From Deltaproteobacteria bacterium UBA2221 (lineage in GTDB: Bacteria > Desulfobacterota > Syntrophorhabdia > Syntrophorhabdales > WCHB1-27), in the NCBI GenBank assembly GCA_002328485.1, contig DCUF01000082.1:14533-78532 (forward strand): 64,000 nucleotides of DNA, given 5' to 3'. The notes under the pieces were generated by a model that was not told the DNA's origin, did no database searches, and was given only the letters and a program-made list of their open reading frames with translations. Each line of letters starts with the position of its first letter. Positions within the stretch are counted from its first letter, which is position 1. Shown here piece after piece: positions 8,734-17,592 of this stretch. Both the position numbers and the translations under genes were made by a program.

Positions 8734-9510
8734 ATGTATGACGTTTTAGAATTCGCTGTCCAACTTGCCCTTGAGTCGGGAAAGATCCAAAAAAGATATT
8801 TTCGCGGCAATTTCACGGTGCGGTACAAGGGCGAGATCAACCTCGTTACCGATGTGGACCTCGCCTGTCAGGATCGCATCATCAGCCTGATCAAGGAGAA
8901 CTTTCCTGAGGACGAGATCATAGCCGAGGAAAAGCAGAACACGTTCCACCCTGTCAAGAGCCGGTGGATAATCGACCCTATAGACGGAACGACAAACTAT
9001 GCCCACGGCTACCCCTTCTTTTGCACCTCCATTGCATACGAGGCCAATGGCGAGATCGTTGCAGGCGTTGTTTACAACCCCATTTTTGATGAGCTCTTCT
9101 TTGCAAAAAAGGGCGGAGGGTCCTATCTGAACGGCGAGGCCTTGCGGGTATCGGAGACAGCAGTCCTGAAACAGGCCTTGCTCAGCACCGGTTTCCCCTA
9201 TGACCTGGATTCGAGCCCGGACAACAACCTGAGCAATTGGAGTCGCTTTTTATTTGGTGCGCAAGCACTCAGAAGGGATGGCTCGGCCGCTCTGAACCTC
9301 GCGTACGTGGCGGCAGGCCGCTTCGATGGCTTCTGGGAGATCAAGCTTCATCCCTGGGATATAGCGGCCGGTTGTCTCATGGTGGCGGAAGCCGGTGGAT
9401 TGGTGACCGCCTTGAATGGGGGGGATTTCGACCTCTACAGAGGCGATCTGTGTGCATCCAACGGCATCATTCATGGGGAGATGATAAGGATCTTGAAGGG
9501 GGAGTCGTGA
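8734..9510 (+). CDS. suhB: Inositol monophosphatase family protein (SuhB-like)
   Basis: DLVTDVDLACQ...EE...WIIDPIDGTTNYAHGYPFF...WDIAAG are IMPase signature motifs. Confidence 0.85.
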   Translation: MYDVLEFAVQLALESGKIQKRYFRGNFTVRYKGEINLVTDVDLACQDRIISLIKENFPEDEIIAEEKQNTFHPVKSRWIIDPIDGTTNYAHGYPFFCTSIAYEANGEIVAGVVYNPIFDELFFAKKGGGSYLNGEALRVSETAVLKQALLSTGFPYDLDSSPDNNLSNWSRFLFGAQALRRDGSAALNLAYVAAGRFDGFWEIKLHPWDIAAGCLMVAEAGGLVTALNGGDFDLYRGDLCASNGIIHGEMIRILKGES

Positions 9511-9956
9511 AGGAATATTCCTACGATGACATAAGGTCTTCCATCCGGCCAACCCTTGGTGATAGCGTTCCCCTGTCCCTGTTTCGCATCCTCAGAATCA
9601 TCGGAATGAGGGATCTCCTGGGTGAAAGCGCAGGCCCGACCCTCTACATGATGGGAAAATCCGTCGGGAACATGCTTGCCCCCAAGACCATGGATGAATT
9701 CCAGACCACCATAAAGGAACTGAGAATAGGTATCCCTGAGATCGAGGCTGCCACGGAGGATCGACTCCTTGTCAATCTTCGTGAATGCATAACCTGTGCA
9801 GGGTTTTCCAATACGGGGGAGATGTTCTGCGATATGGAGAGTGGAATTATCGCAGGCCTCCTCGAAAAGGTCTTCAACAAAAAGGCCAGGTCGACGCAAA
9901 CAAAAAGCTGGTCTGTGGGCTATAATTACTGTCAGTTCGACGTTGTGCTCTATTGA
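9507..9956 (+). CDS. V4R (4-vinyl-reductase-type) domain protein
   Basis: GTG 9507 overlaps the suhB stop (GTGA). The C-terminal CITCAGFSNTGEMFCDMESGIIAGLLEKVF is V4R-like. The track ORF 9237.. extends spuriously into suhB. Confidence 0.6.
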   Translation: MKEYSYDDIRSSIRPTLGDSVPLSLFRILRIIGMRDLLGESAGPTLYMMGKSVGNMLAPKTMDEFQTTIKELRIGIPEIEAATEDRLLVNLRECITCAGFSNTGEMFCDMESGIIAGLLEKVFNKKARSTQTKSWSVGYNYCQFDVVLY

Positions 9957-9978
9957 TTCCCTGTTTGGTCCCGTTACC

Positions 9979-10881
9979 ATGAGCAGCCCTGACGATAAGG
10001 ATACGAATCCCCTCAAGCAATGTGAGGTTGAGCTTGAAGATGCGAAGAATCTCTCAAGTGCCAGAGAGAAGCTCCTTCTGGCCAATCTCCGCGAGCTTGG
10101 CGAGGTCCACCACGCCCTGAGCGAGAAGATCGAGCAAATCAAGGAGCGTGACGAACGGATCAGGAGCTTCGATGAGATTCTGACCAGGGCAAACAGGCTT
10201 TCCTCCCTGGGAGAACTGGCTGCATCGATAGCTCACGAAATAAAAAATCCGCTCGTATCGATCGAAGGGTTTGCAAGACGTATTTCGCAAGCCAAGGACC
10301 CCGCCAAGGTTCAGCAGTATGCTCAGTTCATTGAACGGGAGGCGGAAAGATTATCAAAAGTCCTGACCAGGCTCCTCGACTTCTCCAGAATGTCAGAGCC
10401 AGCCAAGGAACCTCTGGACCTGAACGAGACCGTGGATGATACCGTCCTTTTTTTGGAACATCATCTGACCCGGTTCAGAAATGTCAGCCTTACGGTGAAA
10501 AAAGCCAAGGAGCTTCCGGAAGTGCGGGCAGATAAGATCCACGTGCAGCAAGCGCTGATAAACATCGTCATGAATGCTGCCCAAGCCATGTTGGAAGGCG
10601 GACCTCTGGTCATAGAGACGGGCTCAGATGGAAAAGAGTATGCGTGGATTGCCATAACGGATAGAGGGCCGGGCATTGAGCCCGATGCCTTGAACCACAT
10701 CTTTGAGCCTTTCTTTACGACAAAGCCGAAAGGACAAGGAACCGGACTGGGCCTTCCCCTTTCCAAAAGGCTTATTGAGGCAAACGATGGGAAAATCGAG
10801 GTCGAGACTTCACCGGGAGAGGGGACGACATTCCGGCTCCTTCTGCCCTTCGCCCATAAGGGCGAGACGATAAGAAGCTGA
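9979..10881 (+). CDS. Soluble sensor histidine kinase (coiled-coil, HisKA, HATPase_c)
   Basis: The H-box is LGELAASIAHEIKNPL. The N/G boxes are NIVMNAAQA...DRGPGI...FTTKPKGQGTGLGL. ATG 9979 (MSSPDD) lies after the V4R gene stop. Confidence 0.85.
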   Translation: MSSPDDKDTNPLKQCEVELEDAKNLSSAREKLLLANLRELGEVHHALSEKIEQIKERDERIRSFDEILTRANRLSSLGELAASIAHEIKNPLVSIEGFARRISQAKDPAKVQQYAQFIEREAERLSKVLTRLLDFSRMSEPAKEPLDLNETVDDTVLFLEHHLTRFRNVSLTVKKAKELPEVRADKIHVQQALINIVMNAAQAMLEGGPLVIETGSDGKEYAWIAITDRGPGIEPDALNHIFEPFFTTKPKGQGTGLGLPLSKRLIEANDGKIEVETSPGEGTTFRLLLPFAHKGETIRS

Positions 10882-10957
10882 GACACTCAGAACCCACTGC
10901 CGAATTATCTTTTGTCTTTTCCTCTATCCGCTTCCTCGCTTCCACCCGTCGACTTCG

Positions 10958-11725
10958 TCAGAATTCAAGGGTCATCCCGTCATAGGCTGCTACGACGTCT
11001 ATCCCCGTTTCACCCGTGATCTTATGGGCCAGGAGCGGTGGCTTCTCCTGGATAAAGTTTAGGCCGAAATGGGTCATGACGGCCATTTGCGGCCGAACGG
11101 CCGCGATAATCCTCCTAAAGTCGTCCACAGACAGGTGATCGATCTTTTCATCGGAGGCAATGGGCTTCACGCGAAGCACGTTGACGATAAGGATATCCAC
11201 CTGATCGTAGAAACCCGGTAGGGCGTCCCAAAAACGGGTGTCCGCGATAATCCCGATTCTCTTGTTAAGATGAAATATCAGACCATATGATTCTACAGGG
11301 TGGATATGACGAACCGGTACCGTAAACGCTATGTCCCCCAGTCGATATTGTCCGTCCGGCCGTAGCAGATTCAGCCCCTCCAGATAGGAGCGGACGTACC
11401 GAAGGACGACGGGATCCTCTTCGATTGCGTCTCGGGGACAGAAAAGATGGCCCTTCCGCCTGAACCCGCCGTCGGCCATCGCCTCGATCATCACATTGAC
11501 ATCATTTGCATGGTCAAGGTGTTTGTGGGTCAGGATGATGCCGTCCAATTGCGAAGGGTCATACCCGTTTCTCAGACCGTGGAGCCTGACAAGGGCCCCG
11601 GGACCGGGGTCGATGTACAGGTTGGTGTTCCGATAACTGAACCACAAACCGCCCGTGGACCGCGCCTGCTTCGCTGTGACAACCCGGGCTCCGCCGGTCC
11701 CGACAAATCTGATAAAGCCTTCCAT
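10958..11725 (-). CDS. MBL-fold metallo-hydrolase
   Basis: HKHLDHAND is the HxHxDH motif. GAGGA RBS is present. Confidence 0.8.
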   Translation of the reverse strand: MEGFIRFVGTGGARVVTAKQARSTGGLWFSYRNTNLYIDPGPGALVRLHGLRNGYDPSQLDGIILTHKHLDHANDVNVMIEAMADGGFRRKGHLFCPRDAIEEDPVVLRYVRSYLEGLNLLRPDGQYRLGDIAFTVPVRHIHPVESYGLIFHLNKRIGIIADTRFWDALPGFYDQVDILIVNVLRVKPIASDEKIDHLSVDDFRRIIAAVRPQMAVMTHFGLNFIQEKPPLLAHKITGETGIDVVAAYDGMTLEF

Positions 11726-11782
11726 CGTGGTCCTCGTTTATGTTATCTTCTAAGTCTAAAAGTTGAGGTAGCGGAAGTCAAT

Positions 11783-12316
11783 TTGGATAGAATAGAGTTC
11801 GCCATAGACAGGTCTGATTTCGGTAATCTCACCCTGGTGACCCGGAACGGAAGGCTGGTCAGCCTTGATATCGATTCGGATGACCGGCTCCGGTTGAGAA
11901 AGTCCGTTTTATCCCGATATCCGGATGCTAAGGAACGGCCCGAGTCCTTCCGGCCCCTCCTGCGAGCCCTGGACCGTTATTTTAAAGGCAGGCGGGTCGA
12001 TTTTGAGACAGCTTTGGACATGGATGATTTGGGGGATTTCACACGGGCGGTTTTGACCGAGGTGTCAAAGGTGCCCTATGGAAAGACGACGACCTATGGG
12101 AGTCTGGGCGCGGCGATAGGGTTCCCCAGGGCGCCGAGGGCGGTGGGGCAGGCGCTAGGACGAAATCCCATCCCCATCGTTGTACCCTGCCACAGGGTCG
12201 TAAAAGCCGATGGATCTTTGGGCGGGTTTACTATAGGCATAGAGATGAAAGCGCGCCTTCTGACTATCGAAGGCATCCGCCTTAGGAGACTTGGTAACTC
12301 TATCGTCCTCTCATAA
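11783..12316 (+). CDS. ogt: Methylated-DNA--protein-cysteine methyltransferase
   Basis: VPYGKTTTYGSLG...NPIPIVVPCHRVV contains the PCHR active site. The proposed start is TTG 11783. The track ORF start 11447 overlaps the MBL gene on the opposite strand. Confidence 0.8.
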   Translation: MDRIEFAIDRSDFGNLTLVTRNGRLVSLDIDSDDRLRLRKSVLSRYPDAKERPESFRPLLRALDRYFKGRRVDFETALDMDDLGDFTRAVLTEVSKVPYGKTTTYGSLGAAIGFPRAPRAVGQALGRNPIPIVVPCHRVVKADGSLGGFTIGIEMKARLLTIEGIRLRRLGNSIVLS

Positions 12317-12344
12317 AAAGACTTCCAGAGGTTTGTGACAGCCC

Positions 12345-12839
12345 ATGAAGCAGTGGTTTGTGGTCAATACAAAGCCAAAGAACGAAAACCGGGCCGCCCA
12401 CAATCTCGAATCCGGCGGATTTGAAGTGCTGAGCCCCAGGCTGAAGGTCCGTAAATATAGGGAAACAAAATTCCTTGATGTCGTAGAGCCCATGTTCCCC
12501 AACTACATTTTTGTAAAGTTCCATCCCGTTGACGACTATCATATGGTCAAATACGCCAGGGGTGTCAAAAAAATAATCACCTTCGGCGGAAAGATGGTCC
12601 CTCTGCAGGACCAATTCATCGAGTTTATCCGGGGGCGACTTGTCGATGGCGTCGCCAAGATAGAGAAGAAGAGATTCAAGAAAGGCGAACGCATCTTCAT
12701 CAAAGACGGCCCTTTCAAAGGTCTGCCAGGTGTCTTCGAGAGAGAGTTGGAGGGTGAAGAGCGGGTCATGATACTCCTCGAAGGCATCAATTATTACGCC
12801 CAGATGGTGATCGACAGCGACCTGATCGCGGAGCCGTAG
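12345..12839 (+). CDS. rfaH: NusG-paralog transcription antiterminator, RfaH-like
   Basis: WFVVNTKPKNENRAAHNLE...EPMFPNYIFVKFHP...ARGVKKIITFGGKMVPL parallels E. coli RfaH (WYLLYCK...EPLFPNYLFVEFDP...RGVSHFVRFG). A C-terminal KOW-like segment ERIFIKDGPFKGLPGVF is present. Confidence 0.8.
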   Translation: MKQWFVVNTKPKNENRAAHNLESGGFEVLSPRLKVRKYRETKFLDVVEPMFPNYIFVKFHPVDDYHMVKYARGVKKIITFGGKMVPLQDQFIEFIRGRLVDGVAKIEKKRFKKGERIFIKDGPFKGLPGVFERELEGEERVMILLEGINYYAQMVIDSDLIAEP

Positions 12840-13042
12840 TCGATGCTTCGACGCCCCTTCCAATGCCTGGCCAAAAGCAGCGGTTCGTGCCTAAACTTTG
12901 ATAAGAATCTGAGACAAACGTTTTTCACAAAGCGTTTCCGTCGATACTGGTCAGTCACGGATGGAGGTCGCCAATTCACTGCCGATCCATCTTCTGGCAG
13001 AGGCTTTACGCACGTACTTGGTACGACAATTGCAACCAGCCT

Positions 13043-13091
13043 TTGACAACCGACAAAAGCCTTGACAAAAAGCGTATGATTCGAAATAAAA
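13043..13091 (+). promoter_or_regulatory. Candidate promoter region for the polysaccharide locus (two TTGACA boxes)
   Basis: TTGACA occurs at 13043-13048 and 13062-13067. The second is followed 17-18 nt later by AATAAA/ATAAAA (13085-13091). The assignment is ambiguous. Confidence 0.3.
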
Positions 13092-13151
13092 GGTGTTGTC
13101 GTGAGGAATCTAATCACGGTTTTAGCCTGCGTCATGAAACGATGCTCGAAA

Positions 13152-13163
13152 GGCGGTAGCATA
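13152..13163 (+). promoter_or_regulatory. ops-like element (RfaH recruitment/pause site) in the leader
   Basis: GGCGGTAGCATA compared with the E. coli ops GGCGGTAGCGTG. The first 9 nt are identical. The site is on the non-template (+) strand and 215 nt upstream of the first locus gene. Confidence 0.5.
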
Positions 13164-13377
13164 TCGCAAATCTCCATGTAATAGTTGAGAAGCAAAGAAC
13201 AATGGTCACACAGTTTCCATCACGCTTGTTGCTGAACCAGTCGCTCGCCATCTCCTTTTTGATCGAAAAGACGAGGAGATACAGCCAAGACTTAGTCAGA
13301 TGGCCTTCGAGAGCATCGCTTGAGACGAATTATGTTATTGCCGAATCTGGCTGTGCCCTTAATTGTCAAGGTGAGGA

Positions 13378-14367
13378 ATGGGCAGAAAAAGGATAGAAGC
13401 GAAGGAAACGGAGAGGAATTTTGTGCTAATCGGGGCGGCGGGTTATGTAGCACCGAGACACATGAAGGCCATAAAAGACACGGGGAACCGTCTCATTGCC
13501 GCCTTGGACAAACATGATGCGGTCGGTGTTATCGATAACTATTTTCCGGATGCCGATTTCTTCGTTGAATTCGAACGCCTTGATCGACATGTTGAGAAGC
13601 TGAGGCGATTGGGGCATGAAAGAAAAGTTGACTACGTCAGCATAGCCTCTCCGAACTATCTGCACGACGCACATATTCGATTTGCGCTACGAGTCGGCGC
13701 TCATGCCATATGCGAAAAACCTCTTGTCCTGAATCCCTGGAACGTGGATGCCCTGGCCGACATCGAGCGGGAATCGGGGAGAAAAGTCAATGCAGTGCTG
13801 CAGCTAAGGCATCATCCGGCCATTGTTGCCCTAAAGCAACGAGTGAACAAGACGACTTCTGTTAGCAAGGCAGATGTTGATCTCACTTATGTCACGTCGC
13901 GGGGTAAATGGTATATGGTGTCCTGGAAGGGCGATGTGCCGAAATCAGGGGGTATTGCAACGAACATAGGCATCCATTTCTTCGATATGCTCCAGTGGGT
14001 TTTTGGCCCCGTTCAGTCAAACCGGGTTCATCTGCTTGAACCAAAAAAGGCGTCAGGATTCCTTGAGCTCCGCGATGCGCGGGTCAGGTGGTTTCTCTCT
14101 CTTGATCGAGAGGATCTCCCGGAGCCTGTGAGGACCGCCGCCGGTAACACCTATAGATCCGTGAGCGTGAATGGTGAGGAGATAGAATTCTCTGATGGTT
14201 TTGGGGACCTCCATACAGTGAGCTACCGGGAAATACTTCGGGGCAACGGATTCGGGCTCTCTGACGTGAAACCGGCCATAGAAATCGTCTACGATATCAG
14301 AAATGCAACAAATGTGGTTCTCAAGGGGGACTACCACCCTTTGCTAAAATCAGTGACCAGAGAGTAG
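13378..14367 (+). CDS. Gfo/Idh/MocA oxidoreductase, WbpB-like (UDP-GlcNAcA 3-dehydrogenase type)
   Basis: NFVLIGAAGYVAPRHMKAIKDTGNRLIAALD is typical of WbpB-type enzymes. An alternative start is GTG 13423, which has a GGAGAGGA RBS. Confidence 0.8.
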   Translation: MGRKRIEAKETERNFVLIGAAGYVAPRHMKAIKDTGNRLIAALDKHDAVGVIDNYFPDADFFVEFERLDRHVEKLRRLGHERKVDYVSIASPNYLHDAHIRFALRVGAHAICEKPLVLNPWNVDALADIERESGRKVNAVLQLRHHPAIVALKQRVNKTTSVSKADVDLTYVTSRGKWYMVSWKGDVPKSGGIATNIGIHFFDMLQWVFGPVQSNRVHLLEPKKASGFLELRDARVRWFLSLDREDLPEPVRTAAGNTYRSVSVNGEEIEFSDGFGDLHTVSYREILRGNGFGLSDVKPAIEIVYDIRNATNVVLKGDYHPLLKSVTRE

Positions 14368-14373
14368 AAGACA

Positions 14374-15036
14374 ATGGGCGAAAAGAATTGGTTTGTTCAC
14401 GAAAGTAGTTACATTGACCAAGGGGTAGAGATCGGTGAAGGCACCAAAATTTGGTACTTCTGCCATGTCTTAAAAAACGCCAAGATAGGGAGAAACTGCG
14501 TAGTCGGTCAGAATGTGTCCATCGAAACGAACGTCGTTGTCGGCGACCGATGCAAGATACAGAACAATGTGTCTATATATAAAGGCGTAACCCTTGAAGA
14601 TGATGTCTTCTGTGGTCCGTCGTGCGTTTTCACCAATGTCTACAATCCAAGAGCGTTTATCGAGAGAAAGCAGGAGTTCAGGCCTACTCTGGTTAGACGA
14701 GGTGCGACGATTGGCGCAAATGCCACGGTAGTGTGCGGTGTGACTATCGGCCGGTACGCACTCGTAGGCGCGGGTGCGGTCGTGAAGCAAGACGTACCAG
14801 ATTACGCCATCGTTGCGGGAGTGCCGGCTCGACAGATAGGGTGGACCTGCAAATGCGGAACCAGACTAAGCATACCGGGCTTAAAGAATAAAGGCGTTAC
14901 AGAAGACATAGGGGTGGCCAAATGCTTATACTGTGGTAACGAGTATCAGCTTCAAGTTGACAAACTGATGGTGATCAGTGAAATCGAGAACTACCTTGGC
15001 CTCACTTTGACCAACGGTCCGAGCGAGATCGGTTAG
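14374..15036 (+). CDS. Left-handed beta-helix N-acetyltransferase, WbpD-like, with a C-terminal 4-Cys extension
   Basis: Hexapeptide repeats are present ([26 protein letters not shown], ...). The tail is [10 protein letters not shown]...[10 protein letters not shown] (CxC...CxxC). Confidence 0.8.
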   Translation: MGEKNWFVHESSYIDQGVEIGEGTKIWYFCHVLKNAKIGRNCVVGQNVSIETNVVVGDRCKIQNNVSIYKGVTLEDDVFCGPSCVFTNVYNPRAFIERKQEFRPTLVRRGATIGANATVVCGVTIGRYALVGAGAVVKQDVPDYAIVAGVPARQIGWTCKCGTRLSIPGLKNKGVTEDIGVAKCLYCGNEYQLQVDKLMVISEIENYLGLTLTNGPSEIG

Positions 15037-15049
15037 CGGAAAGAGTCCC

Positions 15050-16216
15050 ATGAAAATTCCCATGTTGGATCTCAAGCGTGAATATGAGTATATGAAGGAG
15101 GACATCGACGCCGCTATTGCCCGTTGCCTTCAGCATCAGCAGTGGATCCTTGGACCCGACGTAGAGGAATTTGAGGGTAAGGTGGCAGAGTATATAGACG
15201 TCCGTCACTGTATCGGTGCCTCTTCGGGTACGGATGCACTCGTGCTTGCCCTTCGCGCTCTCGCCTTGAAAACAAAAGGTCAGGAGTATTTCGATCGTTC
15301 CGACCTGGTTATCACCACCCCTTTTACCTTCACCGCCACGGGAGATGCGATCCTTCGAGCTGGAGCAACCCCCGCATTCGTTGATATCGATTCCAAAACG
15401 TTCAATATTGACCCCGATCTGATTCGTAAATTCCTTTCGAGCCTTTCGTCCCGTGACCTGGTCCGCGTCAAGGGCCTTCTTCCCGTCCATCTCTATGGCC
15501 GATCATGTGAGATGGATGACATTATGGCAATCGCCAACGAGTACGGCCTCTTTGTCGTAGAGGATGTGGCTCAGGCCTTTGGTGGAGGTTGGAGGGGAAG
15601 AAAACTGGGATCGATCGGAACGGCTGGGGCTTTCAGCTTCTTCCCGTCGAAAAACCTTGGGGGGTTTGGTGACGCCGGTATGGTGTCCACCAACGATGAC
15701 CAGATTGCCGAACTGGTCCGGCTGCTTCTCAAGCACGGGGGAAAAGACAAATACAATGTGGATCATATCGGATACAATGCGAGGCTTGATACCCTTCAGG
15801 CGGCGGTGCTTTTGGCAAAGTTGAAGTATGTTGATGAATTCAACGAACGGAGAAGGAGGATCGCTTCAGCCTACAACGAGCTTTTTGGGGGGTCCGAGGG
15901 TATTAGTGTGCCAATGCAGGGGTCTGAATGCGATCTGGTTCGCCATGTCTATCATCAATATACAATCAGACACCCTGAGCGCGACAAGTTTCGAGAATAT
16001 TTGGAAACCAACGGGATAGATTCCATGATCTATTATCCCACCCCCCTCCATAAAATGAAGCTTTTTGACGAGGGACGGAGCATGGTGCTCGAAAGACCCG
16101 TTGTCGCGGAAGAGGCGGCCCGTTCCGTCCTCAGTCTGCCCGTTGAGCCCTTGCAGACACAAGAAGAAGCGGCCGCCATTGCCTGCAAGATTCAGGAATT
16201 CATCAACCGTCGCTGA
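15050..16216 (+). CDS. DegT/DnrJ/EryC1/StrS PLP aminotransferase, WbpE-like
   Basis: GASSGTDALVLAL...FSFFPSKNLGGFGDAGMV contains the PLP-Lys region. Confidence 0.85.
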   Translation: MKIPMLDLKREYEYMKEDIDAAIARCLQHQQWILGPDVEEFEGKVAEYIDVRHCIGASSGTDALVLALRALALKTKGQEYFDRSDLVITTPFTFTATGDAILRAGATPAFVDIDSKTFNIDPDLIRKFLSSLSSRDLVRVKGLLPVHLYGRSCEMDDIMAIANEYGLFVVEDVAQAFGGGWRGRKLGSIGTAGAFSFFPSKNLGGFGDAGMVSTNDDQIAELVRLLLKHGGKDKYNVDHIGYNARLDTLQAAVLLAKLKYVDEFNERRRRIASAYNELFGGSEGISVPMQGSECDLVRHVYHQYTIRHPERDKFREYLETNGIDSMIYYPTPLHKMKLFDEGRSMVLERPVVAEEAARSVLSLPVEPLQTQEEAAAIACKIQEFINRR

Positions 16217-16266
16217 ATGCGGACAGGGCTCGGGCTCCGAAAGCCTAAGAACTCCGTTACGACTCC

Positions 16267-17550
16267 ATGGCAAAAAACAGAGTATTGATGTTTGGAAACT
16301 TCCACGAACTTCATGTTCAACCATTAGCCCGTGCACTGAAGACCCGTGCAGACTATCATATTTCCCTTCTCGAGTCCGTCCCCCCCGGGGATGAGCTTTT
16401 GCGCAGCCGACCGACCGCATTCGATCACGTCTACTCAATACCGGTGGCGTCAGAGGGACTGGGCCGGGTGAACTGCCTGCGGCAAGTAGGCAAATTGCTT
16501 CTCCGGAGAAAATGCGTAAGCCGCTTCATGACCCTCTACCGCCTGCTGGCTCCCATGGCTCGGACCTCGTCCTCAAGACAATATTGGAAACAGTTTTGCC
16601 GGACAGCAGACGAATTGCAGCGCAGAGCGCTCCTGAGCCGGATCGTTGAAGAGTTCGATCTTTTTCACCTTCATTATATGGATCCTTCACTATCAGAGAC
16701 GATAAGGCTTCTGCCCAGAGGATCCAAACTGATCGTTTCAATCTGGGGCTCGGATCTTATGCGTTCGAGCGGAGCAAGAAACTACATCGGCCAGCTCGAA
16801 CTTTGCGAGAGGGCCTCTTTCATTACCGTACGATCTCTCGAATTACGGGAGATGTTCTTAACAAAGTTCGGTCGTCATTTTGCGCCGAAACTGAGAATAG
16901 CAAAATTCGGCAGTACAACGCTCAGCCGGATCGATGTCCAGGACATCCGTTCGCTTAGGACTGCGTTTCGGGAAGAATTCACAATCCCTGAGAACAAGGT
17001 GATTGTGTGCGTGGGTCATAACGGCAATGTAGATAACCGGCACATAGAGGTTCTAGAAGCACTATCAGGTCTGGATTCGTCAGTAAAGAACGGGCTAACG
17101 CTTGTGATACCCATGACCTACGGAGCACCAACAGGCTACGCCAATGATGTTCGAGCTGCCGTGGAAAGGGCTGGAGGGGATTTTCGGATCATTGACAAAT
17201 TCATGGACAGCGAAGCTGTCCTGCAATTGAGAGCCGCAACCGACATCATGCTACACTTTCCTGTTTCCGATGCTCTTAGCGCGGCGATGTGCGAAACGAT
17301 ATACGCAGGTAACCTTGTCGTTACCGGAGCCTGGCTTCCTTATGGAGAGCTGCGGAGAAGGAAAGTGCACTTTTTGGAGATCACAAGATTCCCGGATCTC
17401 TGCGCGACGCTTGCCGCTTCGATTGGGGATTTGACGCGGCACAGGGCGATGGTAAACTCGACGAAGGAGAAACTCCGTGAGGTATTGGACTGGGAGGAAT
17501 TGTCAGAGGGATGGGAGAAAGTCTACGCGTCCGCCCTGGGCAACTGGTAA
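16267..17550 (+). CDS. Hypothetical protein, probable GT-B-fold glycosyltransferase (family unclear)
   Basis: 427 aa with no TM segments. HLHYMD...VSIWGSDL and a C-terminal LHFPVSDALSAAMCETIYAGNLVV resemble GT-B halves. The locus context supports the call. Confidence 0.45.
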   Translation: MAKNRVLMFGNFHELHVQPLARALKTRADYHISLLESVPPGDELLRSRPTAFDHVYSIPVASEGLGRVNCLRQVGKLLLRRKCVSRFMTLYRLLAPMARTSSSRQYWKQFCRTADELQRRALLSRIVEEFDLFHLHYMDPSLSETIRLLPRGSKLIVSIWGSDLMRSSGARNYIGQLELCERASFITVRSLELREMFLTKFGRHFAPKLRIAKFGSTTLSRIDVQDIRSLRTAFREEFTIPENKVIVCVGHNGNVDNRHIEVLEALSGLDSSVKNGLTLVIPMTYGAPTGYANDVRAAVERAGGDFRIIDKFMDSEAVLQLRAATDIMLHFPVSDALSAAMCETIYAGNLVVTGAWLPYGELRRRKVHFLEITRFPDLCATLAASIGDLTRHRAMVNSTKEKLREVLDWEELSEGWEKVYASALGNW

Positions 17551-17592
17551 ACTTTTGGTATCTTTGATACTGTTCTTAAGAAGAGGGAAATC

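Noticed and set aside
11447-11782. 5' extensions of track ORFs that overlap the neighbouring gene. Examples: ogt from 11447, V4R from 9237, HK from 9796, GT from 26171, NeuD-like from 18212, DegT from 20028, lptE to 35886
   Set aside because: The extensions overlap well-supported neighbouring genes and have no family similarity. Better starts with an RBS, or coupled to upstream stops, exist downstream.
12794-13195. 133-aa minus-strand ORF and small + ORFs (12843..13046, 13202..13396, 13320..13517) in the glycan-locus leader
   Set aside because: They have no RBS, odd composition and mutual overlap. The region is better explained as a transcribed leader carrying the ops-like site.
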